A stretch of DNA of 64,000 nucleotides, taken from the IMG/VR virus record IMGVR_UViG_3300005077_000012, positions 1 through 64,000 of that record. One strand, given 5' to 3'. Positions 63,936-64,000 of this stretch are shown here, piece by piece. How positions within the stretch are numbered: the first letter of the stretch is position 1; every line of letters starts with the position of its first letter. The DNA is from a virus. Its lineage: Duplodnaviria; Caudoviricetes. The notes under the pieces are model-generated. The model saw only the letters and a list, made by a program, of their open reading frames with translations. It was not told the DNA's origin and ran no database searches. The position numbers and the translations under genes were made by a program.

Positions 63936-64000
63936 CACTTCCCTCCGGCATAATCGTCCAGCTTCCGCCAGCGAACGTCGCCGACCTCGCTGAACGCCAC

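Noticed and set aside
1-64000. Long plus-strand ORFs (e.g. 3489-5282, 42534-43547, 49763-51085, 53484-54437)
   Set aside because: They are antisense shadows of strongly supported minus-strand genes in GC-rich DNA, with no motifs or RBS

Overview
The window is a 64-kb fragment of a GC-rich (roughly 55-60% by eye) tailed dsDNA phage with a contractile tail. Essentially every real gene is on the minus strand. In transcription order (right to left) it carries: small genes and an AT-rich orphan DNA methyltransferase; portal; a 12.6-kb block of large accessory head genes around a MuF/gp7-like protein; prohead protease, scaffold and major capsid protein; two His-repeat paralogues; fibre-like genes, including an AT-rich cassette with S74 chaperones; neck, sheath, tube, chaperones and tape measure; baseplate; three paralogous tail fibres; holin; and a separately promoted replication operon (sigma factor, initiator, DnaC-like loader, DnaB helicase, primase, UvsY-like, SSB). 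No terminase, DNA polymerase, endolysin, tRNA, CRISPR array or integrase is visible. Three things stand out. (1) A putative virion-cargo system: PARP-like, class II nucleotidyltransferase, zincin-metallopeptidase and low-complexity proteins all carry the same ~27-aa 'K-G-x(1-3)-P-[VIP]-G-T...[YW]-x-K...W' tag (7 copies in 4 proteins) next to putative prohead-protease K-[ASG] sites. (2) A 17-bp DNA motif, TGC-W7-CT(ATAG/CGAA)A, found 16 times on both strands. (3) A promoter, a Com-like Zn finger and a long RNA hairpin directly upstream of the capsid operon. All family assignments come from motif recognition by eye, not from database searches.
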